A stretch of DNA of 64,000 nucleotides from Gammaproteobacteria bacterium (GCA_049604295.1 JBMYTL010000004.1:9952-73951); one strand, 5' to 3'; shown: positions 9,505-19,756, numbered from the stretch's first letter. Translations and numbers: made by a program. Notes: generated from the sequence alone by a model not told the origin.

Positions 9505-10982
9505 GCTTCCGGATTAATCACCTGACGCAGCGGCTCAAGCAGGTCGGAAGCGACAAGCCCCCGCTGCCCGGCCCGAGCGGCCATGTCTCCGGCCACGGCA
9601 TGAGCCATCACACCGCTTCGGGCGGCGTGTATCGCCGACATCCCCTGCGCCTTCAAGGCCGAAACAATACCCGTCAGCACATCACCCATACCGCCACTTG
9701 CCATGCCGGGATTTCCCGCCGGGCACACATGCACATCACTGCTCTTTCCACGCACCAGCGAGCCGTTGCCCTTGAGTACGCATACGCCGCCGTAACGCGA
9801 TTGGAGTTCCTGTATGGCACCGAAGCGGTCCGCCTGAACATCCGAAGTGCTCACACCCAGGAGCCGTGCGGCCTCCCCGGGATGCGGGGTGAGAATCCAG
9901 TCCTCGCGCCTCCGCGGCGCACGGGCAAGCAGGTTGAGTGCGCTTGCATCAACCACCAGGGGACGCTCGTCGTCCAGACAACGCTCCAAAAGCCGCTCCG
10001 CGGCCGCGTCCTCACCCAACCCCGGCCCCACCGCAATGAGCGTCGCACGGTCGAAAACACCATCGAGCTGTTCCGGGGCGTCGTGCGCGTAACACATGAG
10101 TTCCGGACGCGCCGCGGTGGTCGCCGCCACATAGTCCCCATGCATGCACACGGACACCAAACCCGCGCCCGCGCGCAGCGCTGCCTCGCCGGCCAAGCGG
10201 GCCGCGCCACCCATGCCGCGGTTGCCTCCCACCACAAGCACGTGTCCAAACATGCCCTTATGCGCATCAAGTCTGCGTACCGCGAGATGATCGGCCAATT
10301 CATCCCGCGTCAACAATTCGGCCCGCGGCTCAACACCGAGATAGACCTGTTCCGGCGCCCCAAGACACTCCAAAACAACCCGTCCGGCACAGGCCGGGCC
10401 CTCGCCCGTATACAGACCAGCCTTGAGACCCACGAAACTGACCGTGCAGCCCGCGCGAATGGCAGCCCCCATGATCTCCCCCGTGTCCGAGTTCAAACCG
10501 GATGGAACATCAAGTGCGAGTACCGGGGTCTGCAGGGCATTGACCGACTCAACAGCCGCGCGCCAGTCACCCTCCACGGGGCGCGTCAATCCCGTTCCGA
10601 GCAGCGCATCGATGATCACGTCAGCATGGACAAGCAGACGATGATCAAAGGGTGTCTCCACCCCCCCGGCCTCTCTATAGGACTGGGCGGCCCGCAGGGC
10701 ATCACCTGCCAGGCGCTCGCGTTCACCCAGGTAGAGCAACTGGCAACGCATGCCGGCCTCGAGGGCCAGGCGTCCGACCACGTAACCGTCGCCGGCGTTA
10801 TTACCTGTCCCGCAAAGGATCACCACCGAGTGGAGGTCCCTCCAACAGCGATTCATGAATCGAAATGCCGCCTCACCGGCGCGCGTCATCAATTGAAAGG
10901 ACGGAACGGCCAGCAAGTCGGCTGCCTTTCGGTCGAACTCCCTGACCTGTTGGGCGCGGTAGAGCATACGGTCGACGTTCAT
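9501..10982 (-). CDS. nnr: bifunctional NAD(P)H-hydrate epimerase/dehydratase Nnr (YjeF N- and C-terminal domains)
   Basis: 493 aa. YjeF_N (CGTGNNAGDGYVV) and the carbohydrate-kinase-like C-terminal domain (GGNRGMGGAA...GDVLTG). Confidence 0.85.
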   Translation of the reverse strand: MNVDRMLYRAQQVREFDRKAADLLAVPSFQLMTRAGEAAFRFMNRCWRDLHSVVILCGTGNNAGDGYVVGRLALEAGMRCQLLYLGERERLAGDALRAAQSYREAGGVETPFDHRLLVHADVIIDALLGTGLTRPVEGDWRAAVESVNALQTPVLALDVPSGLNSDTGEIMGAAIRAGCTVSFVGLKAGLYTGEGPACAGRVVLECLGAPEQVYLGVEPRAELLTRDELADHLAVRRLDAHKGMFGHVLVVGGNRGMGGAARLAGEAALRAGAGLVSVCMHGDYVAATTAARPELMCYAHDAPEQLDGVFDRATLIAVGPGLGEDAAAERLLERCLDDERPLVVDASALNLLARAPRRREDWILTPHPGEAARLLGVSTSDVQADRFGAIQELQSRYGGVCVLKGNGSLVRGKSSDVHVCPAGNPGMASGGMGDVLTGIVSALKAQGMSAIHAARSGVMAHAVAGDMAARAGQRGLVASDLLEPLRQVINPEA

Positions 10983-11151
10983 TTCATTGGACTCCTCGTT
11001 TCGGCTACGGCCTTAACGCGCCGTGTGCTGCGGTCATTGTTATTTACCCGGTTTCGATTGCCGTGTTGGCATAGGCTCGGGGCATTCCGCGGATTCGCAC
11101 CTGCTATGGTGATCCTGAAAGAGAGAACTCCACCCTGGGCGATGGGCGAAT

Positions 11152-12288
11152 ATGTCACAGCACGATGATCATGCACCTGATCGCGCTCAGGCCGTGAGCG
11201 GGGCTCGCGCTGAGACGTCCCGACTCCCGGAGCTCATCCGGCAATGGGGTCGCGAGCTGGGTTTCCAGGACATTGCCATCAGCGGTATCGACCTGGGTCA
11301 TGCGGAAGCCGATCTCCTGCAATGGCTCGAACGCGGTTACCAGGGCTCCATGGAGTGGATGGCGCGTCACGGCACGCTTCGCTCCCGACCGGCGGCACTG
11401 GAACCCGGCACCCTGAGCATCATCTCGGCACGCATGGACTATTGGCCCGGTGACGCGACGCCGGCGTGGTCCGTTCTCGACGACCCCGGTCGTGCCTACG
11501 TGTCCCGCTATGCCCTCGGCCGGGACTATCACAAGATCCTGCGCAAGCGATTGCAGCGTCTCGCTGACCAGTTGACACAGGCTGTCGCGCCCATGCACTA
11601 CCGCGTCTTCACCGACAGCGCCCCGGTCCTGGAGAAGCCCATCGCGGCCCTCGCCGGCCTGGGCTGGCAGGGAAAACACACCAACCTGATCAATCCGTCG
11701 GCCGGTTCCTGGTTCTTTCTGGGCGAAATCTACACGGACCTCCCGCTACCTCCCTCCCGACCGACGCGCGACCATTGCGGGAGCTGCAACGCCTGCATGG
11801 AGGCCTGCCCGACCCGCGCCATCATCGCACCGTACAAACTGGACGCGCGTCTATGTATCTCCTACCTCACCATCGAGCATCCCGGTCCCATCCCGGAAGC
11901 ATTGCGCCCCGCCATGGGTAATCGCATCTACGGCTGCGATGACTGCCAACTGGTCTGCCCCTGGAACAAGTTCGCAACCGCGACGCGGGAATCCGGATTT
12001 GCAGTCAGAAACGACCTCGACAAAGCGTCCCTGGTCACCCTTGCACAATGGGACGAGCGGGAGTTTCTCGATCGAATGGCCGGTTCAGCGATACGACGGA
12101 TAGGCCATGAACGTTGGCAGCGCAATATCGCTGTTGCTCTCGGAAATGCACTACGCGCCACCCGACCGAACGAGAGATTGCATACAGCCATCATCCAAGC
12201 CTTGTATGCGCTCGCGCATGGCGAATCCGCGCTGGTCGCCGAACATGCCCAATGGGGCCTGGGGCAATTGCCTGGAAACGTTGTTTGA
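11152..12288 (+). CDS. queG: tRNA epoxyqueuosine(34) reductase QueG
   Basis: Two 4Fe-4S Cys motifs (CGSCNACMEACP and CDDCQLVCP) and C-terminal HEAT-like repeats. Confidence 0.85.
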   Translation: MSQHDDHAPDRAQAVSGARAETSRLPELIRQWGRELGFQDIAISGIDLGHAEADLLQWLERGYQGSMEWMARHGTLRSRPAALEPGTLSIISARMDYWPGDATPAWSVLDDPGRAYVSRYALGRDYHKILRKRLQRLADQLTQAVAPMHYRVFTDSAPVLEKPIAALAGLGWQGKHTNLINPSAGSWFFLGEIYTDLPLPPSRPTRDHCGSCNACMEACPTRAIIAPYKLDARLCISYLTIEHPGPIPEALRPAMGNRIYGCDDCQLVCPWNKFATATRESGFAVRNDLDKASLVTLAQWDEREFLDRMAGSAIRRIGHERWQRNIAVALGNALRATRPNERLHTAIIQALYALAHGESALVAEHAQWGLGQLPGNVV

Positions 12289-12380
12289 TCAGGGCAAAAA
12301 CCCAGCAGTTTGATAGGCATCAACGGGCCCGCGCGCGCGCGCGCTAAAGTCAGTGTCAACCACAGCCCAGGAGTCACGCC

Positions 12381-13364
12381 ATGCCCCAGACCACATCCTC
12401 TAAAACCACGAATTCGAAATCCAAAGCGGCCGCCAGGAACGCCACCGCCAAGGGCGCGGCAAAGAAGGCTAACGGTAAGGATGAGGGTACCGCCTCCGTA
12501 TCAAAGTCAGCGAAGGAGGCCGCGCGACAGGCGATCACCCGCAAGGAGATGTTCACCAAGAACATCTACCCCTACGAGCAGAAGATGAAGCGGCCCGAAT
12601 ACGAGCGTCGCAAAGAAGAATTGCAGATCGAACTGCTCAAGATGCAGAACTGGGTTCGCGATACCGGTCAACGTATCGTGATTCTGTTCGAGGGCCGGGA
12701 CGCCGCCGGCAAGGGCGGCACCATCAAACGCATGATGGAACACCTGAATCCACGTGGTGCCCGAGTGGTCGCCCTGGAAAAACCCACTGAGCGTGAGAAG
12801 AACCAGTGGTATTTCCAGCGCTACATCAAGCACCTTCCCGCGTCCGGTGAAATCGTGCTGTTCGACCGCTCCTGGTACAACCGGGCCGGCGTAGAGCGCG
12901 TGATGGGCTTTTGCTCACCCAGTGAATACCTGGAGTTCATGCGCCAGGTCCCGGAGCTCGAACGCATGCTTGTTCGCTCCGGTATCCGCTTTTTCAAACT
13001 TTGGTTCTCGGTGAGTCGGGAGGAGCAACTGCGCCGTTTCAAAGCACGCGAGCACCACCCTTTGAAACAGTGGAAGCTCAGCCCCGTGGATCTTGCGTCC
13101 CTCGACAAATGGGACGACTACACCGAGGCCAAAGAGGCCATGTTCTTCCACACCGATACGGCGGATGCTCCCTGGACGGTCATCAAGTCGGACGACAAGA
13201 AAAGGGCGCGCATCAACGCCATGCGCCATGTGCTCAACGAACTGCCCTATCCCAATCGCAATGCCGAAATCGCGGTTCCGCCGGACGAACTGATCGTCGG
13301 TTCCGCCTCCGAACTCTACGAGGCCGGCGAGCACGTGATTCAGAGACCGGAAATCGGCGCTTGA
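12381..13364 (+). CDS. ppk2: polyphosphate kinase 2 (PPK2) with a K/A-rich low-complexity N-terminal extension
   Basis: PPK2 core with Walker A GRDAAGKGG and the lid RYIKHLPASGEIVLFDRSWYNRAG. The N-terminal ~55 aa are Ser/Lys/Ala-rich. Confidence 0.8.
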   Translation: MPQTTSSKTTNSKSKAAARNATAKGAAKKANGKDEGTASVSKSAKEAARQAITRKEMFTKNIYPYEQKMKRPEYERRKEELQIELLKMQNWVRDTGQRIVILFEGRDAAGKGGTIKRMMEHLNPRGARVVALEKPTEREKNQWYFQRYIKHLPASGEIVLFDRSWYNRAGVERVMGFCSPSEYLEFMRQVPELERMLVRSGIRFFKLWFSVSREEQLRRFKAREHHPLKQWKLSPVDLASLDKWDDYTEAKEAMFFHTDTADAPWTVIKSDDKKRARINAMRHVLNELPYPNRNAEIAVPPDELIVGSASELYEAGEHVIQRPEIGA

Positions 13365-13415
13365 CCGTTTCGTCACTGTCCCCTTTGGACGTCAACCGAA
13401 CACAGGATCGCAGTC

Positions 13416-13640
13416 ATGTCACAACACTACGAAAAACACGCGCAACAGGTCGTCGACAGTTTCCGCTCATTGCTCGCTGAGGAAGCGGCCCTTGCGGTTG
13501 GAGATGAAAAATTCGAGGAACTGACCATGTTGGTGGAATCAGCCATCAGCACCTCCGTCACCCAGGAGCTTGAGGCAGCCGCCGACCTGCTCGCCAAGAC
13601 TGCTCACGATATGCGCTCACGCGCCGAGCGTTTCGACTGA
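13416..13640 (+). CDS. small hypothetical protein (74 aa, acidic, helical)
   Basis: ATG preceded by AGGA. Clean acidic coiled composition with no Arg/Pro bias. Confidence 0.3.
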   Translation: MSQHYEKHAQQVVDSFRSLLAEEAALAVGDEKFEELTMLVESAISTSVTQELEAAADLLAKTAHDMRSRAERFD

Positions 13641-13659
13641 CCCCCGGGCGGAGGCCGAT

Positions 13660-14313
13660 TCAGCGGCCTCCGCCAAACGCAACCGCTAATCCCCCCCTGA
13701 GAATTTCCAACACCCTCCGGCGGACACCCGGGTGAACAAGCATAGCCGTGTGGTTCGCCGGGACGACCGTATGACTGGCCAATCCTTTCAGGCGCGTCTC
13801 CTCCAATCCAACGGTTCCATCTCCCGTATCGCGTAAGACCCCGAGTAGCGTTCCCGGCCCGAAGGGGCTCACACCGGCAATGGCATGAACGAACACACCC
13901 GGCGGCAATCGACGGGCTCCGCGTCGCAGACAGGGCCCCGCGTGACCGAGTATCTGGCGCCCAAAGCGCCAAGCTCCCAGGTGCCAACGCGACACCTCAC
14001 GAGCCACGACACTACCCGCAAGCGGCGAACCCAGGACAATCATCCGTGGCAGGGGGCGCCCCGGAATCCTCTCGATCGCCGCACAGGACAACAGCCCCCC
14101 AAGGCTATGAGCCACCAGTAACTGCACTCCATCATCCCCAGCGGCGGATAGGAGCGCCGCCAATCGACCCACATTGGCGCGAAACGCCGTCCGCGTGCTG
14201 GCATAACGGAAATAACTGACCTCAAAGCCCTCAGCCCGCAACGCCCTCCCCAGCGGTACCATCACCCACCAGGGCATCCAAAGGCCGTGAACCAGGATCG
14301 CCCGCCTGCTCAT
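13660..14313 (-). CDS. alpha/beta-hydrolase fold protein (lipase/esterase-like)
   Basis: GxSxG nucleophile elbow (AHSLGG) and an N-terminal RAILVHGLWM oxyanion-hole region. Confidence 0.6.
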   Translation of the reverse strand: MSRRAILVHGLWMPWWVMVPLGRALRAEGFEVSYFRYASTRTAFRANVGRLAALLSAAGDDGVQLLVAHSLGGLLSCAAIERIPGRPLPRMIVLGSPLAGSVVAREVSRWHLGAWRFGRQILGHAGPCLRRGARRLPPGVFVHAIAGVSPFGPGTLLGVLRDTGDGTVGLEETRLKGLASHTVVPANHTAMLVHPGVRRRVLEILRGGLAVAFGGGR

Positions 14314-14385
14314 GCGTACACGCTCCGTTGCTAACTGCGATAGGGCCGCGCCGTTTTGTCCACAAGCCCAAAAACTCGGTCACTC

Positions 14386-14817
14386 ATGTCAGAGGACTCC
14401 AACTACGCAACCCAGCCGCACCAGGCCCTGGCAGCCACGGACGCGTCGATCCGACTGGACAAGTGGCTCTGGGCGGCACGTTTCTTCAAGACCCGCGGCC
14501 TGGCGACGGAAGCCATCGCAGGAGGTCATGTCCATCTCAATGGCGCGCGCACGAAACCCGCGAGAAGTGTCAAAGCCGGTGACCGGCTGAGGATACGTAA
14601 AGGGGACCTGGAGTGGCGGATCACGATAATCGGCATCAGTGAAAAACGCCGACCAGCCCAGGAGGCACGCAGCCTGTACGATGAGGACGATAGCAGCAGG
14701 GCGGCACGCCAGCGCTATCAGGAACTCAAACGCCTGGCCCAGGCTACGACACCCGGCAGCGAGGGACGACCGGACAAGCGCGATCGTCGTCGTATCAGAC
14801 AATTCAGAGGCCGGTGA
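14386..14817 (+). CDS. hslR: ribosome-associated heat-shock protein Hsp15 (S4 domain)
   Basis: S4 RNA-binding domain RLDKWLWAARFFKTRGLATEAIAGGHVHLNGARTKP with a basic C-terminal tail. Start placed at MSEDSNY. Confidence 0.7.
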   Translation: MSEDSNYATQPHQALAATDASIRLDKWLWAARFFKTRGLATEAIAGGHVHLNGARTKPARSVKAGDRLRIRKGDLEWRITIIGISEKRRPAQEARSLYDEDDSSRAARQRYQELKRLAQATTPGSEGRPDKRDRRRIRQFRGR

Positions 14818-14915
14818 GCCGAAACAAGGCGGGCGATGTAACACAAGCAGATGCGCAAAGCCGATATAGTCACTGCTGTCACGAAACCGCAACACGCATT
14901 TCCGAGGAGTGATTC

Positions 14916-15305
14916 ATGGCTACAGCACTGACGGCAGTTTCAGGAATTGGTCCCGTTGCCGCGGCCGCTCTGGAAGAGGCGGGTATCGAAAGCGCCGAAG
15001 CGCTGGCCGCCGCGCAGATCGAAGCAATCACGGTAGCGAAGGGTTTTGGTCCAGCGCGCGCCACGCAAGTGCGCTCAGCAGCCCAGGCCGCGCTCGACGC
15101 GGCCCCCGAAGCCACTGATACGAACTTGGCCGAAACCACACCATCGAAAAAGAAAAAGAACAAAGGCGGGACGTCCGCAAAGGAAACGAAAAAGGATAAG
15201 AAAAAGAAGAAGGCGAAGAAGAAACCAGTCAAGGATGCCGACAAGAAAAAAGCCAAGGACAAGAAGTCGAAGGGCGGAAAAAAGAAGAAGAACAAAAAGA
15301 AATGA
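14916..15305 (+). CDS. helix-hairpin-helix DNA-binding protein with a histone-H1-like poly-Lys tail
   Basis: GAGGAG ribosome-binding site 7 nt before the ATG. Two HhH motifs (GIGPVAAAAL and GFGPARATQV) and a C-terminal ~45 aa made of K/KK runs. The opposite-strand 199-aa poly-Phe ORF (14879..15478) is the antisense of the Lys codons. Confidence 0.65.
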   Translation: MATALTAVSGIGPVAAAALEEAGIESAEALAAAQIEAITVAKGFGPARATQVRSAAQAALDAAPEATDTNLAETTPSKKKKNKGGTSAKETKKDKKKKKAKKKPVKDADKKKAKDKKSKGGKKKKNKKK

Positions 15306-15365
15306 AGCTGAATCGTCCCTCCCGAGCGGGGACGAATACCGGGCGCCTCGCAATCTCCGTTTGTA

Positions 15366-15854
15366 TCAGGCCAGCACGATGCCGGAGTTCCCGTTGCCGA
15401 AGGCATCACCCGCCTCAGGAACATAATTGAGAATGGCATCCCTGTTGGTCCAGGAAGAGGCCTGACGGGCGGCTTCATTCCGCGTCAGCCACCGGTGTCG
15501 CTGATGCTCGCTCCCATCGAGTGAAATACTCACTCTGCCGAGCAGTTGCACCGTGAACACGTGCTCCAGGTTCTCGGTCTCACCAGGTGCGTATCGACTT
15601 CGCCACTCGGGCAGGATGGGAAAGGTATGGGACTCCAGGCGATCGTCAATTTGAAACCCGCGCAGACCGGTTTCTTCCTCCAACTCACGTTCCGCCGCTG
15701 ATTGCGCGGATTCTCCCCACTCGAGGCTGCCGGTCACTGATTGCCAAAACGCCACCGGGCGACACCGCTCCAACATCAGTACCTCACCGATCGCGGTATA
15801 GACCACGACCAGCACGGACTCCGGCCGCTTGAATTGTTCGCGGAAACCGCTCAC
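15366..15854 (-). CDS. nudB: Nudix hydrolase (dihydroneopterin triphosphate diphosphatase-like)
   Basis: Nudix box GSLEWGESAQSAAERELEEETGL. Lies directly downstream of aspS as in E. coli (aspS-nudB). Confidence 0.65.
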   Translation of the reverse strand: MSGFREQFKRPESVLVVVYTAIGEVLMLERCRPVAFWQSVTGSLEWGESAQSAAERELEEETGLRGFQIDDRLESHTFPILPEWRSRYAPGETENLEHVFTVQLLGRVSISLDGSEHQRHRWLTRNEAARQASSWTNRDAILNYVPEAGDAFGNGNSGIVLA

Positions 15855-16033
15855 CCGTTGAATGCGGGACGCGCAGCAGTGCGACGCCCCTCCCCCCCTT
15901 GGAAGTTTGAATTACCCGATCCCCCGAACCCGACCCTGGCTGGCCCGCGGGCGAACCGGGGGGGCAGTATCCCACGGCGGACACGGTCCACGATGTGCTG
16001 GTTGTCCCCAGCCCCGCCGCTCCCGCGAAACGA

Positions 16034-17812
16034 TCAGGCCTCGGAAGCAGGCTTACGCACGGCCAGGTGCAGTTCCCGCAACTGGCGATTACTCACGCCA
16101 GCCGGGGCATCGGTGAGCGGGCAGGACGCCGTCTGGGTCTTCGGGAACGCGATCACTTCACGGATGGAATCCGCCCCGGCCATCAGCATCACCATGCGGT
16201 CCAGACCAAACGCGATACCACCATGGGGCGGCGCACCGTACTGCAGAGCCTCCAGCAGGAAACCGAACTTCTCCTGGGCCTCGTTCTCGTCGATACCCAA
16301 CAGACGGAACACGGTTTGCTGGACGTCCTGGCGATGGATACGCACCGATCCACCACCCAGCTCCACCCCGTTGAGCACCATGTCATAGGCCAGAGAAAGC
16401 GCTTCGCCCGGCTCGTCGGCCAGCGCTTGTGCATCGCAGGAGGGAGCGGTGAAGGGATGATGCAGGGCGACCCAGCGTTTGGCCTGCTCGTCGTACTCGA
16501 ACATGGGCCAGTCAACCACCCACAGAAAGCGCCAATCGCCCTCGGCCATGCCACGGTCGTGGCCGATACGAACGCGCAGGGCGCCCAGGGCGTCGTTGAC
16601 CACGGTGGCCTTGTCGGCACCAAAGAAGATCAGATCACCATCCTCAGCACCCGTGCGCTCCAGAATCCCTGAGACCGCATTGTCGGTGAGAAACTTGACG
16701 ATAGGCGATTGCAGACCATCCTTGCCCGCCGCCACATCATTGCACTTGATGTAGGCGAGCCCCTTGGCTCCATAACGGCCCACGAACTCGGTGTAGCCGT
16801 CGATCTCCTTACGGGTCAGGTCACTCCCCCCGGGGATGCGCAGCGCGGCCACGCGTCCCTTTGGATCCTGGGCAGGACCGGAGAAGACCTTGAACTCCAC
16901 TCCGTCCATCAGATCGGACACCTCGACCAGCTCCAAAGGAATACGCAGGTCAGGCTTATCCGAGCCGAACCGATCCATGGCCTCGGCGTAGGGCATACGC
17001 TGGAAAGGCACTGGAATCTCGACATCCATGATCTCCTTGAACACACCGGCCATCATGGTCTCCATGATGGCCATGATCTGATCCTGATCGAGGAACGATG
17101 TCTCGATATCGAGCTGGGTGAACTCAGGCTGGCGATCGGCACGCAGGTCCTCGTCGCGGAAGCACTTCACGATCTGGTAGTAGCGATCAAAGCCGGACAT
17201 CATGAGCAGCTGCTTGAACAACTGCGGCGACTGCGGCAGGGCAAAGAACTCGCCGGGGTGCACACGGCTGGGCACCAGGTAATCCCGGGCCCCCTCGGGG
17301 GTGGCCTTGGTGAGCATCGGCGTCTCGATATCGAGAAAGCCCTGCTCATCCAGTGCCCTGCGCAAGGCGGAAGCGACCTTTGCGCGCAGAATCATGTTGT
17401 TCTGCATGGCCGGACGGCGCAGGTCCACGTAACGGTACTTGAGACGTGTATCCTCGCCGACCAATTCGTCGTCGGCCACCTGGATGGGGGGCGTCTTGGC
17501 CGTGTTCAACACGACCAGTTCCCGGGCCAGAATCTCCACTTCCCCCGTGGGAAGGTCTGGGTTGACGGTCCCCTCGGGACGCGCGCGCACCAGGCCACGT
17601 ACCTGCAGGACGAATTCCGAACGGACCTGCTCCGCGACCTCGAAGATCTCCGGGGCATCGGGATCAAAGACAACCTGGGCCAAGCCCTCCCGATCACGCA
17701 GATCGACGAAAATGACCCCACCGTGGTCGCGCCGACGGTTGACCCATCCGCTCAAGGTCACTTCCTGTCCAATATGTTCGCCGCGGAGGTCGCCGCAATA
17801 GTGGGTACGCAT
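16034..17812 (-). CDS. aspS: aspartate--tRNA ligase
   Basis: 592 aa with an N-terminal OB fold ([26 protein letters not shown]), class II synthetase motifs and a GAD insertion domain. Confidence 0.9.
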   Translation of the reverse strand: MRTHYCGDLRGEHIGQEVTLSGWVNRRRDHGGVIFVDLRDREGLAQVVFDPDAPEIFEVAEQVRSEFVLQVRGLVRARPEGTVNPDLPTGEVEILARELVVLNTAKTPPIQVADDELVGEDTRLKYRYVDLRRPAMQNNMILRAKVASALRRALDEQGFLDIETPMLTKATPEGARDYLVPSRVHPGEFFALPQSPQLFKQLLMMSGFDRYYQIVKCFRDEDLRADRQPEFTQLDIETSFLDQDQIMAIMETMMAGVFKEIMDVEIPVPFQRMPYAEAMDRFGSDKPDLRIPLELVEVSDLMDGVEFKVFSGPAQDPKGRVAALRIPGGSDLTRKEIDGYTEFVGRYGAKGLAYIKCNDVAAGKDGLQSPIVKFLTDNAVSGILERTGAEDGDLIFFGADKATVVNDALGALRVRIGHDRGMAEGDWRFLWVVDWPMFEYDEQAKRWVALHHPFTAPSCDAQALADEPGEALSLAYDMVLNGVELGGGSVRIHRQDVQQTVFRLLGIDENEAQEKFGFLLEALQYGAPPHGGIAFGLDRMVMLMAGADSIREVIAFPKTQTASCPLTDAPAGVSNRQLRELHLAVRKPASEA

Positions 17813-17978
17813 GAATCAGCCCGGAATCTCTGTGCGGCCCGGATGGCCGCAATACAAGGGCGCGAATGGTACGGACGGCCCCCGAAACTGGCAAGGGCGC
17901 ACCCCTGCCTCGCGGGCGCATAGAGCGCCTCACACCGCCATCGCCCCCAACCCGACCGGGCCGTGCACAATAGTCCCC

Positions 17979-18827
17979 ATGGATTCGCGAACTCTGAGAC
18001 CCCGAGACCGGAGGTACCCCTACCCGCTATCACGCGCGCTGATCGGCAGCCTGCTGCTGTGCACGCAGGCGACCGGTGCCGCCGAACCAGGTAACACTCC
18101 CGCCGAGGAGTTGCGCCAGAAGGGAGAGGCGCTGGAATACGGTCAAGGGATTGCGGCTGACCTGGCCTCGGCCCGCGCGCTCTACTGCCGAGCCGCGCAA
18201 TCGGGAGACGGACCGGCCGCCTACAACCTGGGTTGGATGCATCTGAACGGTCGCGGTGTGCCGGGGAATGATGCAATCGCCGTGGGCTGGTTCCGCCTCG
18301 CGGCAACATTGGGCGACGGACACGCTGAGCGACTGCTTGACCGGCTCGATGGCATCGAGGCAGCCGAGGATCCTGACTGTCTTGTTCTGAGTACTCATCC
18401 TCACCGCAAGGCGGTGGAGACCTGGGTCCACATGCAGGCGCCCGGTCATGCCCTCGACCCTGAACTGGTCATGGCCGTGATTGAGGCGGAATCCAATTTC
18501 AACCCCAAGGCAAAGTCACCCAAGAATGCCAAGGGACTCATGCAGCTGATGGACAGCACCGCGCGACGTTTTGGTGTCACCGACATCTGGTCGCCCAGGG
18601 AGAACCTGACCGGTGGAATGCGCTACCTGTCCTGGCTCATACGCCGCTTCGACGGTGACCTGCGCCTCGCTCTGGCCGGATACAACGCGGGAGAACGCCG
18701 AGTCGATGAACACGGGGGCGTTCCCCCATTCCGGGAAACCCGCGACTACGTGAAACGCATCATCGAGCGATATGGCAAGGACACCCACCCGGTGCCACCT
18801 GACCTCGCCGGAGCAGATGCGGACTGA
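17979..18827 (+). CDS. lytic transglycosylase (SLT domain) fused to N-terminal Sel1 repeats
   Basis: Signal peptide after MDSRT. Sel1 repeats (AAYNLGWMHLNGRGVPGND) and SLT catalytic motifs (VIEAESNFNPKAKSPKNAKGLMQLM...AGYNAGE). The track start at 17811 overlaps the divergent aspS start, so the internal ATG at 17979 was used. Confidence 0.7.
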   Translation: MDSRTLRPRDRRYPYPLSRALIGSLLLCTQATGAAEPGNTPAEELRQKGEALEYGQGIAADLASARALYCRAAQSGDGPAAYNLGWMHLNGRGVPGNDAIAVGWFRLAATLGDGHAERLLDRLDGIEAAEDPDCLVLSTHPHRKAVETWVHMQAPGHALDPELVMAVIEAESNFNPKAKSPKNAKGLMQLMDSTARRFGVTDIWSPRENLTGGMRYLSWLIRRFDGDLRLALAGYNAGERRVDEHGGVPPFRETRDYVKRIIERYGKDTHPVPPDLAGADAD

Positions 18828-18894
18828 CCACAGAAGGAGACAAGAAGCGTGTGCTTCCCGGTCCAAAGAACTTGTAGCGGTGAGCGCTCTCGGA

Positions 18895-19650
18895 TCAGTG
18901 AAGGCGATGGATGTACATCACCAGAACCGGTGCGAATACGGAACCGCGCAATGGAGGAAGATCCAGGATCGACAACCCCGCTCTCGCAAGCGCTGACACG
19001 AATCCTTTCCGGTTGGATATACCCGGGTATGCGACCACGGGCTCAAGTTTCAGAACGTAATTTTCCCGCCCCACGCCTTCGTCAAGCAGTGAGCGGGTAT
19101 CGTCCGCGGAAACCAAAAAATTTTCTGGATGCCAGGGTATCGCCAGCCCACCCCGAATATGCCCTGCCAGCCTGTTACCCAACCAGTGATAACGATGGCC
19201 ATGCCCGACATCGAATGGACATAGCCGGTTCGAGGTCGTCAGAAGCAACGCCCCCCCCGGCTTCACGGTGTTGAACGCGGCTGTCAGAAAGCCTACCCGT
19301 TGCTCCCGTGCGTTGGGGAGCAGCCGGGTGCCCCAGTTCCGGCAGCCGACATGCTCGATGACATCGAACGCATAGGCAAAATCGAACTGTCGGCCACCAA
19401 ACGGGTCCGCCTCAAGGGTGCTCGCGACGATGAAATCACGGAACTCTTCTGGCAGATCATCCCGTTGCACGCGACTGGCATCCATACCCCAAGCGTCGAA
19501 GCCCATCTCGCGCAGTGCCACGACATCCGCGCCGCCCCCACAACCAATGCTCAATACAGAAGCGCCGGGCGCCAGCATGGGGGCAATGAAACGCTCCAGC
19601 ACCGCCGGCATCCGCTGCCATTCACGCACGTTCCGCACAACCCCCGTCAC
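18895..19650 (-). CDS. class I SAM-dependent methyltransferase
   Basis: Motif I VLSIGCGGG and motif post-I DAWGMD within a Rossmann-like MTase core. Confidence 0.6.
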   Translation of the reverse strand: MTGVVRNVREWQRMPAVLERFIAPMLAPGASVLSIGCGGGADVVALREMGFDAWGMDASRVQRDDLPEEFRDFIVASTLEADPFGGRQFDFAYAFDVIEHVGCRNWGTRLLPNAREQRVGFLTAAFNTVKPGGALLLTTSNRLCPFDVGHGHRYHWLGNRLAGHIRGGLAIPWHPENFLVSADDTRSLLDEGVGRENYVLKLEPVVAYPGISNRKGFVSALARAGLSILDLPPLRGSVFAPVLVMYIHRLH

Positions 19651-19756
19651 GCCCCGCGCCTCCGCTCCAAGGGATTCAACACGGCGGCGATGTCGGGATC
19701 ACGCTCCTGAATCGCCGCACCTGCCCGCCCGCATGCAATTGTTCGGTGCGGGTGGC

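Noticed and set aside
9600-11168. 522-aa + ORF
   Set aside because: It overlaps nnr on the opposite strand. Arg/His/Thr-rich with no motifs.
14879-15478. 199-aa minus ORF with poly-Phe runs
   Set aside because: It is the antisense of the lysine-codon repeats of the HhH/poly-K gene. The + strand has a strong ribosome-binding site and sensible domains.
16709-17923. 404-aa + ORF
   Set aside because: Antisense of aspS.
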